Shown here: positions 1 to 11,900 of the stretch, one piece after another
How the letters are laid out: each line of letters begins with the position of its first letter
Position numbering within the stretch: position 1 is the first letter of the stretch
NCBI GenBank assembly: GCA_000934665.2
Contig: KZ537969.1
Coordinates: 62,001-126,000 of the forward strand
Direction of reading: 5' to 3'
DNA length: 64,000 bases
Source: Catajapyx aquilonaris
Taxonomy: Eukaryota
The notes under the pieces: model-generated
What the model saw: only the letters and a program-made list of their open reading frames with translations
Database searches by the model: none
Told to the model about the DNA's origin: nothing
Position numbers and translations under genes: made by a program

Positions 1-3000
1 GGCCATCAAAGTTCTGGCGCAAATCTCGCAGAACTTTCCTGTCCAGGTACGGTAAAACACAGTTTAGCCAAAATCGTACACTACCTGAAGTAAGTCTGAT
101 TAGCTTTCGAGGTCATGGTGTGGTACAGTGAACAGTGTGGTTAATTTAATCCACCGTCTCTTGTACTATCAGGACAGTATTATTGTGGACACTTCCACAA
201 GAACAGCATGTGAAAGTGTCCTGAATAATATTGTGCTGACAGTACATCTCTTGTATGAAGTGCAGTAACTGTCTTCGGAGTTCGGACCCTCCCAAGTTAT
301 AGACGTGAGAAGGTTCTGATCCATGGTTGTTACAGGCCAGATCTCTTGTGAAGACTGTTGTGCCAGAGGAGCTCCGAGATGAGATAAAGCAGAACCGGGA
401 GTATTTGATGGCCAGCATGAACCTGCATCCAACTGATGCTGCTATATTTGTGAATGGGATGTTCTATGATGCTGAGCTTACTGATGTTTTCACCTTGGTG
501 GATGCCCTGAGGCAGGAGCTGAAAGTTCTTGAAGGACTGCATAAGATAGGTGGGTATTGTTTTCCAAACATGTAGAAAGAAGCACAGTAACATGAAGGTA
601 CATAAAATATTTTACGTTATTTGATTAAACTTTAGGTGTGGAGGAGCAGCATCTGTCCAAGCTCCTTTCTCTAGACATGAGTGGTGGGGCCAGTGAAGAC
701 TACGCAGTGGATATCCGTGACTCAGCTGTTGTGTACCTCAATGACATAGAGCAGGATAAGCAGTATCGTCGATGGCCATCCTCAGTGATGGACATGCTAC
801 GCCCTAGTTACCCTGGGATGTTGAAGACCATTCGCCGTAACATGTATCACCTGGTACTTATAGTGGACCCATCTAAGGAGGAGTCTAAGCCCCTTCTGAA
901 AATGGCTGAAGCGTTTGTGGTTCATAATGCTCCATTACGAACTGGCATAGTGTTTGCTGTCAACTCAGATCCAACCGTCAGTGGCATGAAGGATGCAGGG
1001 GTGGCTATGTTGAATGCTTTCAATTACGTCTCGGAAGTGCGAGGGGAACGATATCATGGCTTGAGCTTCCTGACTGATGTGTATGCTGAGTCCAAGGAGG
1101 GAGATGTGACTGTGGCTCAAGTTAAGAAGCTCCTCAAAGAGCGCCATCCAGAGGCAGACATTGAGGACGTCTTGGGCGAGGGTTCAGAGTATGATGTAGG
1201 TCGGCAGCTGGCCCGAGATTTTGTGCAGCGTGTTGGATTGCGGAGGGTGCCACAAGCCCTTTTGAATGGGGTACCTCTTCCTGAGAAGGACCTTGAGGGA
1301 GAACGATTTGAGGAGGCTGTGCTGACTGCACTGGTGTCACAGACCTCAACCCTGCAAAGAGCAGTGTTCAAGGGTGAATTGACTGATGATGACATAGTCA
1401 TTGACTGGTTGATGGGACAGCCAAATGTTATGCCCAGGCTGAATGAGAGAATTCTGTATGGGAAGGGGCGATTTTTGGATATCACTGGAGATCCGTTGCC
1501 TACTCTGGACTGGTCGCTGTTTACGGGACTTTCTGGCAGGGATATGGTTGCCACTCTGACAAAGCACCTGAACTATGTTGCTAGGAAAGTTGCCACATCC
1601 ATTGTGCCAGTGACCAACTGGATTGTCACTGATGTGGAGACACCAGCTGGAAGGGAGCTGCTCAGAAAGGCTATGGATCACATGGTGAGTGGGAGCACAT
1701 CCTTAGCTTTGTTGACAAGGCGCGATAAAATTTTGAATTCTGTAGTGCAGTGAAACTTTGAGGATTTAAAAACATTGGCTGGCTATGCCAAGATTGCAGT
1801 GGAAGTATGGACAGATTTTCCGTGATAACCTGTTGCACAAGATGTCAGATTTTTTCGTCGTGAATGGTTCTTGCAGACTTATGCCAATACTTCACTGCAA
1901 CCTCGGGGTAGATAGTCTACACTCTACTGTGGAAAATTTACAATGCCTATGAAATGTGTTGAATTTGAGCACCCACTTATGCTAAAAAATTTGGTAGTAT
2001 ATGCTGGTATTTTATAACCTACAGAGAGAGACGAACCAAGTGAGACTGTCAGTGATTCCCAATCCAGCTTCACCTGAAACGCCAAACATTCTGACCCATG
2101 CTGTTTACTCGGCACTGGAGTCCCTCCCACCAGACGATGGACGTGATTTTGTGTACAAAATCATCCAAGAGCATGTTGCCAAGACCATCCAAGACGGGTC
2201 GAAACAACCTGAAGACGCTGCAGTTGGGGTGAGATCATTAAAGTTGAATTTTTAAATAAACGCTCTGTAGGGGCTTTCCAAACTGGCAGATGCCTACAGC
2301 TAGATCACAATTAGTATATTAGCTTATTATGGACAAGTCTTAGCACTGCCTTGTTACTGAAATGATTTGCTTTAAACAGAGGTAGAATATTTTTAGAAGC
2401 ATTTCTCCGCAACGGGAAGCATTTTATACTGGAATAAATGCTAGAGTGTTGAATAATCGATGTGATCTACATGTGTTGCAGGGAATGGATATGGCGGCAT
2501 TTAAAACCGCCTTTGAATCGAGTCAAACTTCGAGACTCCTGCCAGCCTACAGAACTTTATGCCAGAGAGTACTTCAGTTTAGAGCTGGCCAGCGAGGTGT
2601 GGTGTCTAATGGGAAGGTAATTGGCCCACTGGATGATGGTGAAGGCTTTGAAGAGGAAGACTTCAACTTGCTGGAGAGGCTGACGCTTTCCTCGTATGGA
2701 AACCAGCTGGTAGAGGACCTTAAGGAGATGGAAGAGGAAGTGGATGGAGGTGGAGATTGGGGGATGAGCTCAGAGGAAGACAGCGACAAGGCCATGAAGG
2801 TGGCTGCCCTGTTGTCTGCCCATCCACAGGCCAAGTCCCGCTCTCAGGTGTTGTTCAGAGGGGAGGAACATAGCGTTATACATCTGCAACCCAAGATGCC
2901 TGGTCAGCCAGCACTGGAAGTTGTAGCCATTCTAGATCCTGTTTCCAGGTTTGTACATTTGTAGCCTTTTTTACCTTATTTTCAGGTCTACTTGTTTTGG

Positions 3001-5447
3001 ATCAGAAGTAGTTTAATTACCATAACTATGTTACCATACTCACAGGGGTGCACAGAAGCTTTCCACATTGCTTAGTGTGCTGCAGGATGTGGTCAACTGC
3101 AGGATCCGCATTTTTCTGAACTGTTTGGAAAAGCATAGTGAGATGCCGCTGAGGAGCTTCTATCGGTTTGTGTTGGAACCTGAGCTGCAGTTTGACTCAA
3201 TCGGTGCACTGGTGAATGGTCCGATTGCTCGGTTCAGCAACATGCCTGAGTCACCTGTGCTAACCCAGAACCTGCATGTTCCAGAGCACTGGCTCACTGA
3301 GGTTGTGAGAGCTGCCTATGATCTGGACAACATTCACTTAGAAGAGGTAGACCTTTAAAAATAGAATCCACCTGTTGTCACTAATGTATGTCAGTGATTA
3401 CTTGAAAAACCACATATGAAAAATTTAAAATTTAGTTGGCATTTACATGTGTGATCATTTATCACTGGTTGAATTGTGCATGCATGCATGCATACTTCAC
3501 GAATGTTTGTATTCTGAAGTTATTAACAGCCTTCCATGCACACTTTCAGGTTGACAGTGTTGTCCACAGCGAATATGAGCTGGAATACCTGCTGGTGGAG
3601 GGCCAGTGCCACGAGCAGTCCACAGGTACCCCTCCACGCGGCCTACAAATCACCCTTGGAACTGCTCATGACCCAGTCCAGGTGGACACTATTGTGATGG
3701 CCAACCTGGGGTACCTGCAGCTCAAGGCTCAACCTGGGGCATGGGTCTTGCGTCTCCGCCAAGGACGCTCCTCAGACATCTACCACATTGTGTCACACGA
3801 GAACACTGACACTCCAGTCAACTCTACGGATATTCGTGTGGTGGTTAGCTCCTTCCGGAGCCTAGTGGTGAAGCTTAAGGTGGCTAAGCGCCCTGGGAAG
3901 GAGCACACTGACCTGCTCTATGATGATGACCAAGGGAATGGTGGGGGTGGAATTTGGAATACCATAACCAGTTCATTTGGGACCAAGGAAGGTGGGGAAG
4001 AGGGTGAGTCAGAGGACAACAAGATCAACATCTTCTCAGTGGCATCTGGCCATCTGTATGAGCGTCTCCTTCGAATCATGATGCTTAGTGTTGTGAAACA
4101 CACAAAAACACCAGTCAAGTTTTGGTTCCTGAAAAACTACTTGTCACCCATGTTCAAAGACTTCCTCCCACATATGGCCCGGGAGTATGGGTTTGAATAT
4201 GAGTTGGTGCAGTATAAATGGCCGAGGTGGCTGCACCAGCAAACAGAGAAGCAGCGGCTGATCTGGGGCTACAAAATCTTATTCCTGGATGTGCTTTTCC
4301 CACTCGACGTGCGCAAGATCATTTTTGTTGATGCAGATCAGGTGGTGAGGGCCGATCTGAAGGATCTGCGTGACCTGGATCTGGGAGGTGCCCCTTACGG
4401 TTACACACCCTTCTGTGACAGCAGGAAGGAGATGGATGGGTTCCGCTTCTGGAGTCAGGGCTACTGGAAAAGCCATTTGCAGGGGCGCAAATACCACATC
4501 AGTGCTCTTTACGTGGTGGACTTGAGGCGCTTCAGGAGAGTAGCTGCAGGAGACAGGCTTAGGGGACAATACCAGGCTCTGAGCATGGATCCCAACAGCT
4601 TGTCTAATTTGGATCAGGACTTGCCCAACAACATGATACATCAGGTGGCCATCAAGAGCCTCCCACAGGAATGGCTCTGGTGTGAGACCTGGTGTAATGA
4701 TGACTCCAAGAAGTACGCCAAGACTATTGACCTGGTAAGTTCTGTTGTTACAGCAGTGTTGGTAAAATTGTATTGATCACAGCCCGCTTAGATTAAGGAA
4801 AGGATCCTGCAGTTCGCTTATTCCCCTAATCAAATGGTAATTTGCCAGTTACCATATTTGACGACATATAAGACACACTTTTTCCCCCAAAAAATTGCTC
4901 AAAGAATTGCCCTGAGTCTTATATGCGAATGTACACTAAAACCTTTTTCTCCTGAATATTATCTGCTGAAATGGCAATGTGTCTTATATGCCATCAAATT
5001 CAGTACATCCTAAAAGGAACTTACTTTTATTAACTAATGGCTGACCTCTTTTGGGAGCCACTATAATGCCATAGTAGCTCGATATTATTAAATTAGGGTC
5101 ATGTCACATCTCTTGCACTGCAGAAAAGAAATGATTGAGAAAGATCCATTTATTCTGACAAAATTACAATGCGCAACTCATTTTCTTTGCAGTGTAATAA
5201 TCCACTAACAAAGGAGTCCAAGCTCACGGCTGCTATGAGAATAATCAGTGAATGGAAGGACTATGACATGGAAGTTAAAAAATTGCAAGAAAAGGTGGTA
5301 AGGTTACAGAGGGAGAGTCAAGAGAGAGAGAGATTGAAGGAAGAGGCAGAGGAAGCAGCCAGAATTAACGAAAGAAGATCAGTGCCCAATGAAGGTCGAA
5401 AGGAGGAGAGAAGAACAGAGCATTTCCCAAACCATGACGACTTGTGA
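1..5447 (+). CDS. UGGT: UDP-glucose:glycoprotein glucosyltransferase (5' part outside window). Exons <1-46, 336-549, 636-1684, 2025-2228, 2482-2948, 3046-3346, 3550-4734, 5193-5447
   Basis: Catalytic-domain motifs INIFSVASGHLYER, IIFVDADQVVR (DxD), LSNLDQDLPNN and WLWCETWC, ending in the KDEL-type ER-retrieval signal HDDL. All introns are GT-AG and the phases join in frame. Confidence 0.97.
4850..5005. mobile_element. MITE with ~27-bp imperfect terminal inverted repeats in the last UGGT intron (Tc1/mariner-pogo-like ends)
   Basis: Left end TACCATATTTGACGACATATAAGACAC; reverse complement of right end TACTGAATTTGATGGCATATAAGACAC. Outer TA dinucleotides; no coding capacity. Confidence 0.7.
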
Positions 5448-5912
5448 CGAGGAAGAGCTATTTAAAATAATTACAAGAGGACTCCTTGGTCAGTCTTGAG
5501 ACAGAAAACAGCCTGTGCTTGAGTTTTTGTCCCAAGAATTTCCAAGCGGCCCTCACACAATGTCTGTGATGTGTGCATGGGATGAATGCATGAGCGTGTG
5601 TGTGCGGAATATGAAGAAATCATGTCCAGTTGTTTCCCTGTGAACATCTTAACGGTTATTAAAAAAAGGATGCCTGAAAAACAGGATACGAGTTCTCTCT
5701 TCACATCCATTGCCGAGGCCAGGGGGGTGGGTTCACGGCCCACACACACAGCAGTCCCCCCCCTCCTCCGAGAAGAAAGAAGGTAGTAGGTGTGGGAGCT
5801 GCCACTGTTGTCGAAGCACTTAGCACTTCGGGATGCCCACTTCGCATGGAGCATTTTTCCGTTCTTCTTTTTGTGCCTACCAATGGCACGTGTATCTGTT
5901 CCAAACCTTCCA

Positions 5913-8900
5913 TCATAGGCAATGGTGGACCTCAACCACCCGCTCACACTTCTTGCACTTGACATAGCAGCACCAATAGTACTTGCAATGGCACCTCTCC
6001 GCCCTCTTCTCCCAAGCGGTGTGGTGTCCTCTCCCGCAGCACATGGACTCACAACCCAAGTAGCCCGTAGAGCTTGCATTACACCACCTGCAATTGAACA
6101 TATACTCTTACATATCAAAACAGATTACCCAGCAAAAGCCACCCCCTAGGAGGCGAAACCCTACTCAATTACGACCCCCTGAGGGCAGGTATCGTTCCTT
6201 CCTTCTCCATGGTTGTTCCCCCCTTAGCCTTCAGGCAGCAACCGTGGAATGGTCGGCGTGGAAATTACAGGGCGGAGGTGAGAAGGCAGCGGCCGGTTTT
6301 CGCGCCTTTTGTACAACCTGCACCCCCTATCACGCCTCCATCATGCCATTTCCATGCTGGTGTACTCAATGGTACCCCCACATTGCCCCCTCCAAAAAAA
6401 TTAGAGTACACGTGTCTTAAGAATTGTCTCAATGTACAATGGATCCACCCTCTACAACATTCCTTCGCCACTTTTTTTCTGGGAGGTTATTTTTTTATAT
6501 GTATTATTCTAATAAAAAGGCAGCTGGTAGCCTCCAGAGTGTTGGAGTTGGCTTTCACTTATGACCGGGAGAGCATGCTCGTTGCCGCCGTTTAACATGA
6601 AATGGGTTTTACCTCGGGGTGTTTTAGGTGACAGGTGGTCTGGGACGCAGCCCCTTTCGATTCCTAAGATTATGATGCATTATGCTATTAGCTACCCAAG
6701 GAAAAGGTTGCTTGGGGAATTGCTTGACAAGCAGGTGTGACCTGATTGTTTCTAAACCTCAGGATGTTTATATTACACTGGATATATACTCATCTATAAT
6801 ATTTAAATCGTATGATTCGTGATTATTAAGCAAGGCTGCTGATTGGCCCGTTGTTATTGTTAGCGTGACGATTAGCCCCCGCCCTGCGCATGCGCAATGG
6901 GGGGAGAAACTCCTCAGTTGCTTGCCGACTGGCGGCGAGTAAACATTGCGGATCGTCTCTCCCGACACCACTACCAGCTACGGGTTTTCTATCGTTTCTT
7001 TTAGAAGTACAGCAACGAGTATTGTACGAAAATGTAAGAGGCACGCGAGCCATGTTTTGTTGGCCCTGGATGACCACATTGACCGTTATGTCCCTGAGTT
7101 ATTTTTAATGGCCCCCATCTTTTTGTGTGTGAAACCGTCATTTCGTGGGTCCTTCCCTGGGGGGGCCAAAAGGCACAAGGCGACATGGGCCAGGCGAGGC
7201 TCCCCTTATAATGAGAGCTGCGGTCCGCTTTGAACTTTCAGGCCTTCCCACCCTCCCAACCCCACCTTCTTCCCCCCCAAAAAATGTTTCCAGCCCGAGG
7301 ATAATTAATGGAGGCAAGCAAGGTGGTCGCCTAGACCCAGGAGAGAATTACTTCGTAAAGATGCCGTTCGTATCCGGAGTTTAATTTTTTTGAAATATAC
7401 AATTTTTTTGGGGGACACTTCAATTATGTGGAGGGCGGCTTTCTTCAGAGGAATTCTAGGAGGGAAAACAAAAGCGGCGGGGGTCGCTACTTGTGTCCGG
7501 TAATATTGTTGCCAAAAGCATACTGACCTTCCTCTTGTGCCCAGACTACCAAATCTGGCGTCCTTCAGACAATAATCTGGTGATTTGGCAGAGTAGATGA
7601 GGTCTCTGTCTGAGAATGGTCCAATGATGGCTCTGTTGGCGGGCAGTAGCATTTGTGAGGCTAGGGGCCGGGGTATTCCGGATCTGGTCCCAAGTGCCCC
7701 GATAGACAGCCCCGGAGGACCCACTATGGGCACCACCAGTACCGGGGCACTTCCTCGGCGGTGGGTGACCTCCGTTGCGGTCACATACTTTCGCTTCAGC
7801 CTCTCTCCAACTTCCATCAGCCTAGGAAGGGCTCTCCAGCATGTCTTCACATTGCAGGAGCCAGACACCCCGTGGCATTTGCATTGGCTTTGCAAACTGT
7901 CCTCAACCGCCTGGAAGGTTCACACGGGCGTTAGATCAGCAAAGACAAAGACAACGACATATTAATGGATGTAAGTGGATGATTTATAGGAGGCTTTTAC
8001 ATAGGGTGTGACTCTGAGTGTGTCTGCTGCTACATATCCTCCCAGTTTTTGTGACGTGAGTTATGCTAATGTGACCGGTTCCCCACCTATATGCTGGGCT
8101 GACCTGCAGGTGTCAAAAATTGGGGTCACTTAAATGCTAAATGACTACTGTATTGAACATGAACAGTAGCCTACACCTGTCAAACTAATGGCGAGAAACT
8201 GGGGCATGCCGATAAGTCAAAATATGGCCTGAGGTGATAGATTTCCTACACCTATATGATCGACAGTACATATTTTATAATAATATTCAGGCATGTGGTA
8301 GTAAACTATATACTTTAAGAAAATTGTTGACCACAGCAACCAAAAGCTAACCATATTAGTACTCAGCGATTCGTTCCATTGCTCTGTGCATGATTTGCTT
8401 TGAAAGAAAAAACTGCCCATGAGCAAGTATTGTTGTCATGGGTGTTATGATGACTGTTTCAGGACCCATAAAGTACAGTGGCCTTCTGCTGCTTTTCATG
8501 TCCTTTTTTTATTACAAATGGACCTGATGCTATATAGGGAGTCAAAAACCCTTAGAAAAGTTCGCATTGTGTAGCAGCCTTATCCTGGCTAAAAGGTTCT
8601 ATAAAGAGTGGGGGTTACGTGTCATAAAACAATAATATGGCTTTTTGGTGAGCCTTGAAGCCAGATTACTTCCCAACAGGTACTCTCATGTTAGTTACAC
8701 AACGCTGTTTAAATACATCAAGCGAATATTTGATGCAGCTTTTAAAATGTGCTAAACAGTGACAAAAGTCATATAATAAAATTTTCCAGTTGGTTTGATT
8801 TCCATTCGGATGATGGAACAAAAATTGTGCAAATATTTCCAGAAAATGGTTCATTCACCTTATGATGGCACTTCATATAATAGCCTGCGAATTATGCAGT

Positions 8901-11900
8901 AAACTGGCTGAATTTTTGACACAATTACGACACGAGTTAAATTACTTGTTGATGCTTGATTTTACGACATCAAATCAAGCGCAACAATCGAAGAATCCAG
9001 TTTAGTAATATGTTTGCTTAAAGAGGGTCTTTATAAGTTTTAAAATACTCGTACCGGTACTTTACAATGTAAGCAGGGCCGATTTTTTAAAAATGTACCT
9101 CGTAGTCTTATATGGCAAGAACAAGATTTTTAGATGAAGGCATTTCGATCTGACTTTCCAATTATTTGGTCCGACAAGTCATTAACCCTTGGGTCATCGC
9201 TTTGGTCAGTCTTCAGGCATCCACATTATCAGGTTTCAGTCAGATATAAAGTTAAGGAAGAGATCAATGTCAGATATGTCAGGATTCATTCTTCTATCCT
9301 ATTTTTTATTATTACATAAAGTCGTTTTTTGTGTGTGAAAATGTGTAGATCTTGTTTGACTTCATAGCCTGTATATAATAATTTATAGTTAATGGCAACA
9401 ATTGCTGCTGGAAACTCCCGGTTCGTGTGCCTGTATAAGGGCTAGAGCATAATATTTTTGTCGGTATGGGTCCAGGGACGTGGAATGAAAATATGCCTGG
9501 AATGTTGATGGGACGTAATAAAACCGAGGAGGCGGCAGAATTACACGGGTGTTAGAGTGTGAAACGATGGCCCCAGAACAACCAGGCTCAGAATATCAGA
9601 GAAGATGGTTGCACCCTCCCTAATAACCGACTGGCAGATACAGTCAAAAGAAGATAACATAATTTTGTGATTGTGATTTGTGACCCCCTCCAAGATATCA
9701 TCGTCAAAATGTTGTAGCCAATCGTCTTGGAAATGACTAAGCTACTCACCCGTCGTCCTGCTCGATTGTTGTGAATATTAACAGCCGACATGGCCGTCTT
9801 CCGCACTTTCTTCACCTTATCAGGCGCATCTGCAAACACCCTGCTTACCTGCAGACAAAAACCATCAATCATAACGTACCCTGCAATTACATACTGAGAC
9901 ACAACGTACCTGCAGACCAACTTTGAGATTGTCCCCACACCCTCCCCATTGGAAGTCCCCATGTGGTGGTTCCCTAGGTGGAGATGCGCATGTGCACTGG
10001 TCCAACGATCCGCTTGCGCATGCGCGGGCAATAGTGTACGCCGCCGCCGCAGACGACAACGCATAGACGTACGCCTGCTCTCTGGTACCTGTTTTGGTCA
10101 ATGCACTAGTTTTGGTCAATGCACTAGTAATAAATTGGCCTTGTGGTTCTGGGGAACAGTGTGAAATGGAGGCTGGTATTTAGAGTGCAATGAAGCTTGG
10201 GAATAAGGGACGGGACATGGACGCAAAAAATATGGTTAAGTGGGAAGTCTGGGGCGAGAAGAAATTCATTATGAATTGCCTGAATGAGTCACGACAAAGG
10301 CAAGGAATGAAGGCGTGGACTTGGAGGGAAGGCATCCAGACCAAGAAGAAGAACGAAGAACGAAGAAAGAGAAGAAGAAGAAGAAGCGAGACATCCGGGA
10401 CGGGCCAAGAGAGGAGATAATTAGGATGAAAACATGGACTCACCAGAAGTGAGATCAGGGGTCAAGGTGGGCGCGAAGGTCACTGAAGAGCAGTTCCATC
10501 GGCGGTCAGAAAAGAGTTGTTGGCACACCAGGGTTGTCTGATGAGCTGCCTTCACCAAGTGGGGCATCATCTAATAACATGGGTGTCGATATTTGACATG
10601 GATTTTATTAATAGACAATTTGTCACCCTGATGACATACCTGAAGTGATCGTTTGCAGAATTGAACTTGTCGCCTCACCAGTCCTGCATGACGTCTTGCT
10701 TGTCTGCAAAGCCTGGTCGAATTCCACGTTCCCGGTACTTGACGAAGAGCCCTTTAAAATTTTTTTTTTTAAAATTACTAATCAAAAATCTTGTTTTTAA
10801 TAGTATACCTACAACCTGATTTTTAATGTGCATGTGCATCTTATGCACTTGGTATAGTGACTTTTTGTGTGTTTCACCTCCTCTCAGGTGTCATAAAACT
10901 GATTAATGTTACAATGAAATTCAGATCAGACACTAGGGTAATAAGTTGACCATCCTGGTTGCTAATTTCTTGTCTGTAGGGGTGGGCTAATATGTGACGT
11001 GCTATTTTTATTACTACCCAAACTGGTTCTTTAGTTCGGTGATGAAGAAGAAGGGGAGAAAAAAATGGTGTTTCCGTCGCCATATTCTCTTCCATGTTAC
11101 ACTCGGAAAATCTTGAGTAGCGCATGTACTTGTACTGTACATCACTATACATGTACAGCCGAAACATGATCATCTTAATCTTAAGCCAAAGATGCGTTTG
11201 GGCGATACATCATGTATCAAAATAATTATTATTACATTTAATCATTTATTTATGTTAATGATATTTTTTCAGATATTAAAATTTTTCCCTCCCTTATTCT
11301 GTTGTACTGAGTGTTGCATTGTGCTGTATTTTGTGGCTACTCCCGGACTCTCATTGCGCTACTCGTTTGCGACATTTTTAGGGTGGGAGACTTCACCGAG
11401 TATGATTTCTGTGGAAAACATTACAAGCTCGGTTATGTTGGAGACTCGAGTGAAATATAATTATTTTGCGCTTCGCGGCTGAGAAGTCAATAATGGCCAA
11501 GTAATGTTAATATATAGTTGAACTATCCATAACTAATTTCGGTACTGAACAACGCATCCATTGTAGCCTATATGAGCTTAAAAAAAAGGCGATAATAATT
11601 ATGATGATGATATGAGGGAATGAAAGTTGAAATAAAGATATTGGGTTGAATTTTCGTCCCACTGCTAGTTGCTGCTAACTTAGCAGTATAGGCTAGCAGT
11701 GATAATGCTAAGTTAGAAGCAACTGGCAGTGGGACGAAAATACCACTCATTGTTTAAAACAGTGAAATGTTAACCAGAAATTGAACAATCCTGCCTAAGT
11801 GCGAATTACTTTATGGCTTCGGTTGTATCCAGGCCTAATTGATATAGTAAATGAATAGCACACTGCCTGCAATGCATACCATCAATCACACAGCAGGCCC

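Noticed and set aside
6090..7527. Intron-embedded RNase P/MRP or other known snRNA in the Wnt11 intron
   Set aside because: I could not find the conserved P4 motifs, Sm site or C/D and H/ACA boxes by eye; an Rfam scan is needed to exclude them fully.
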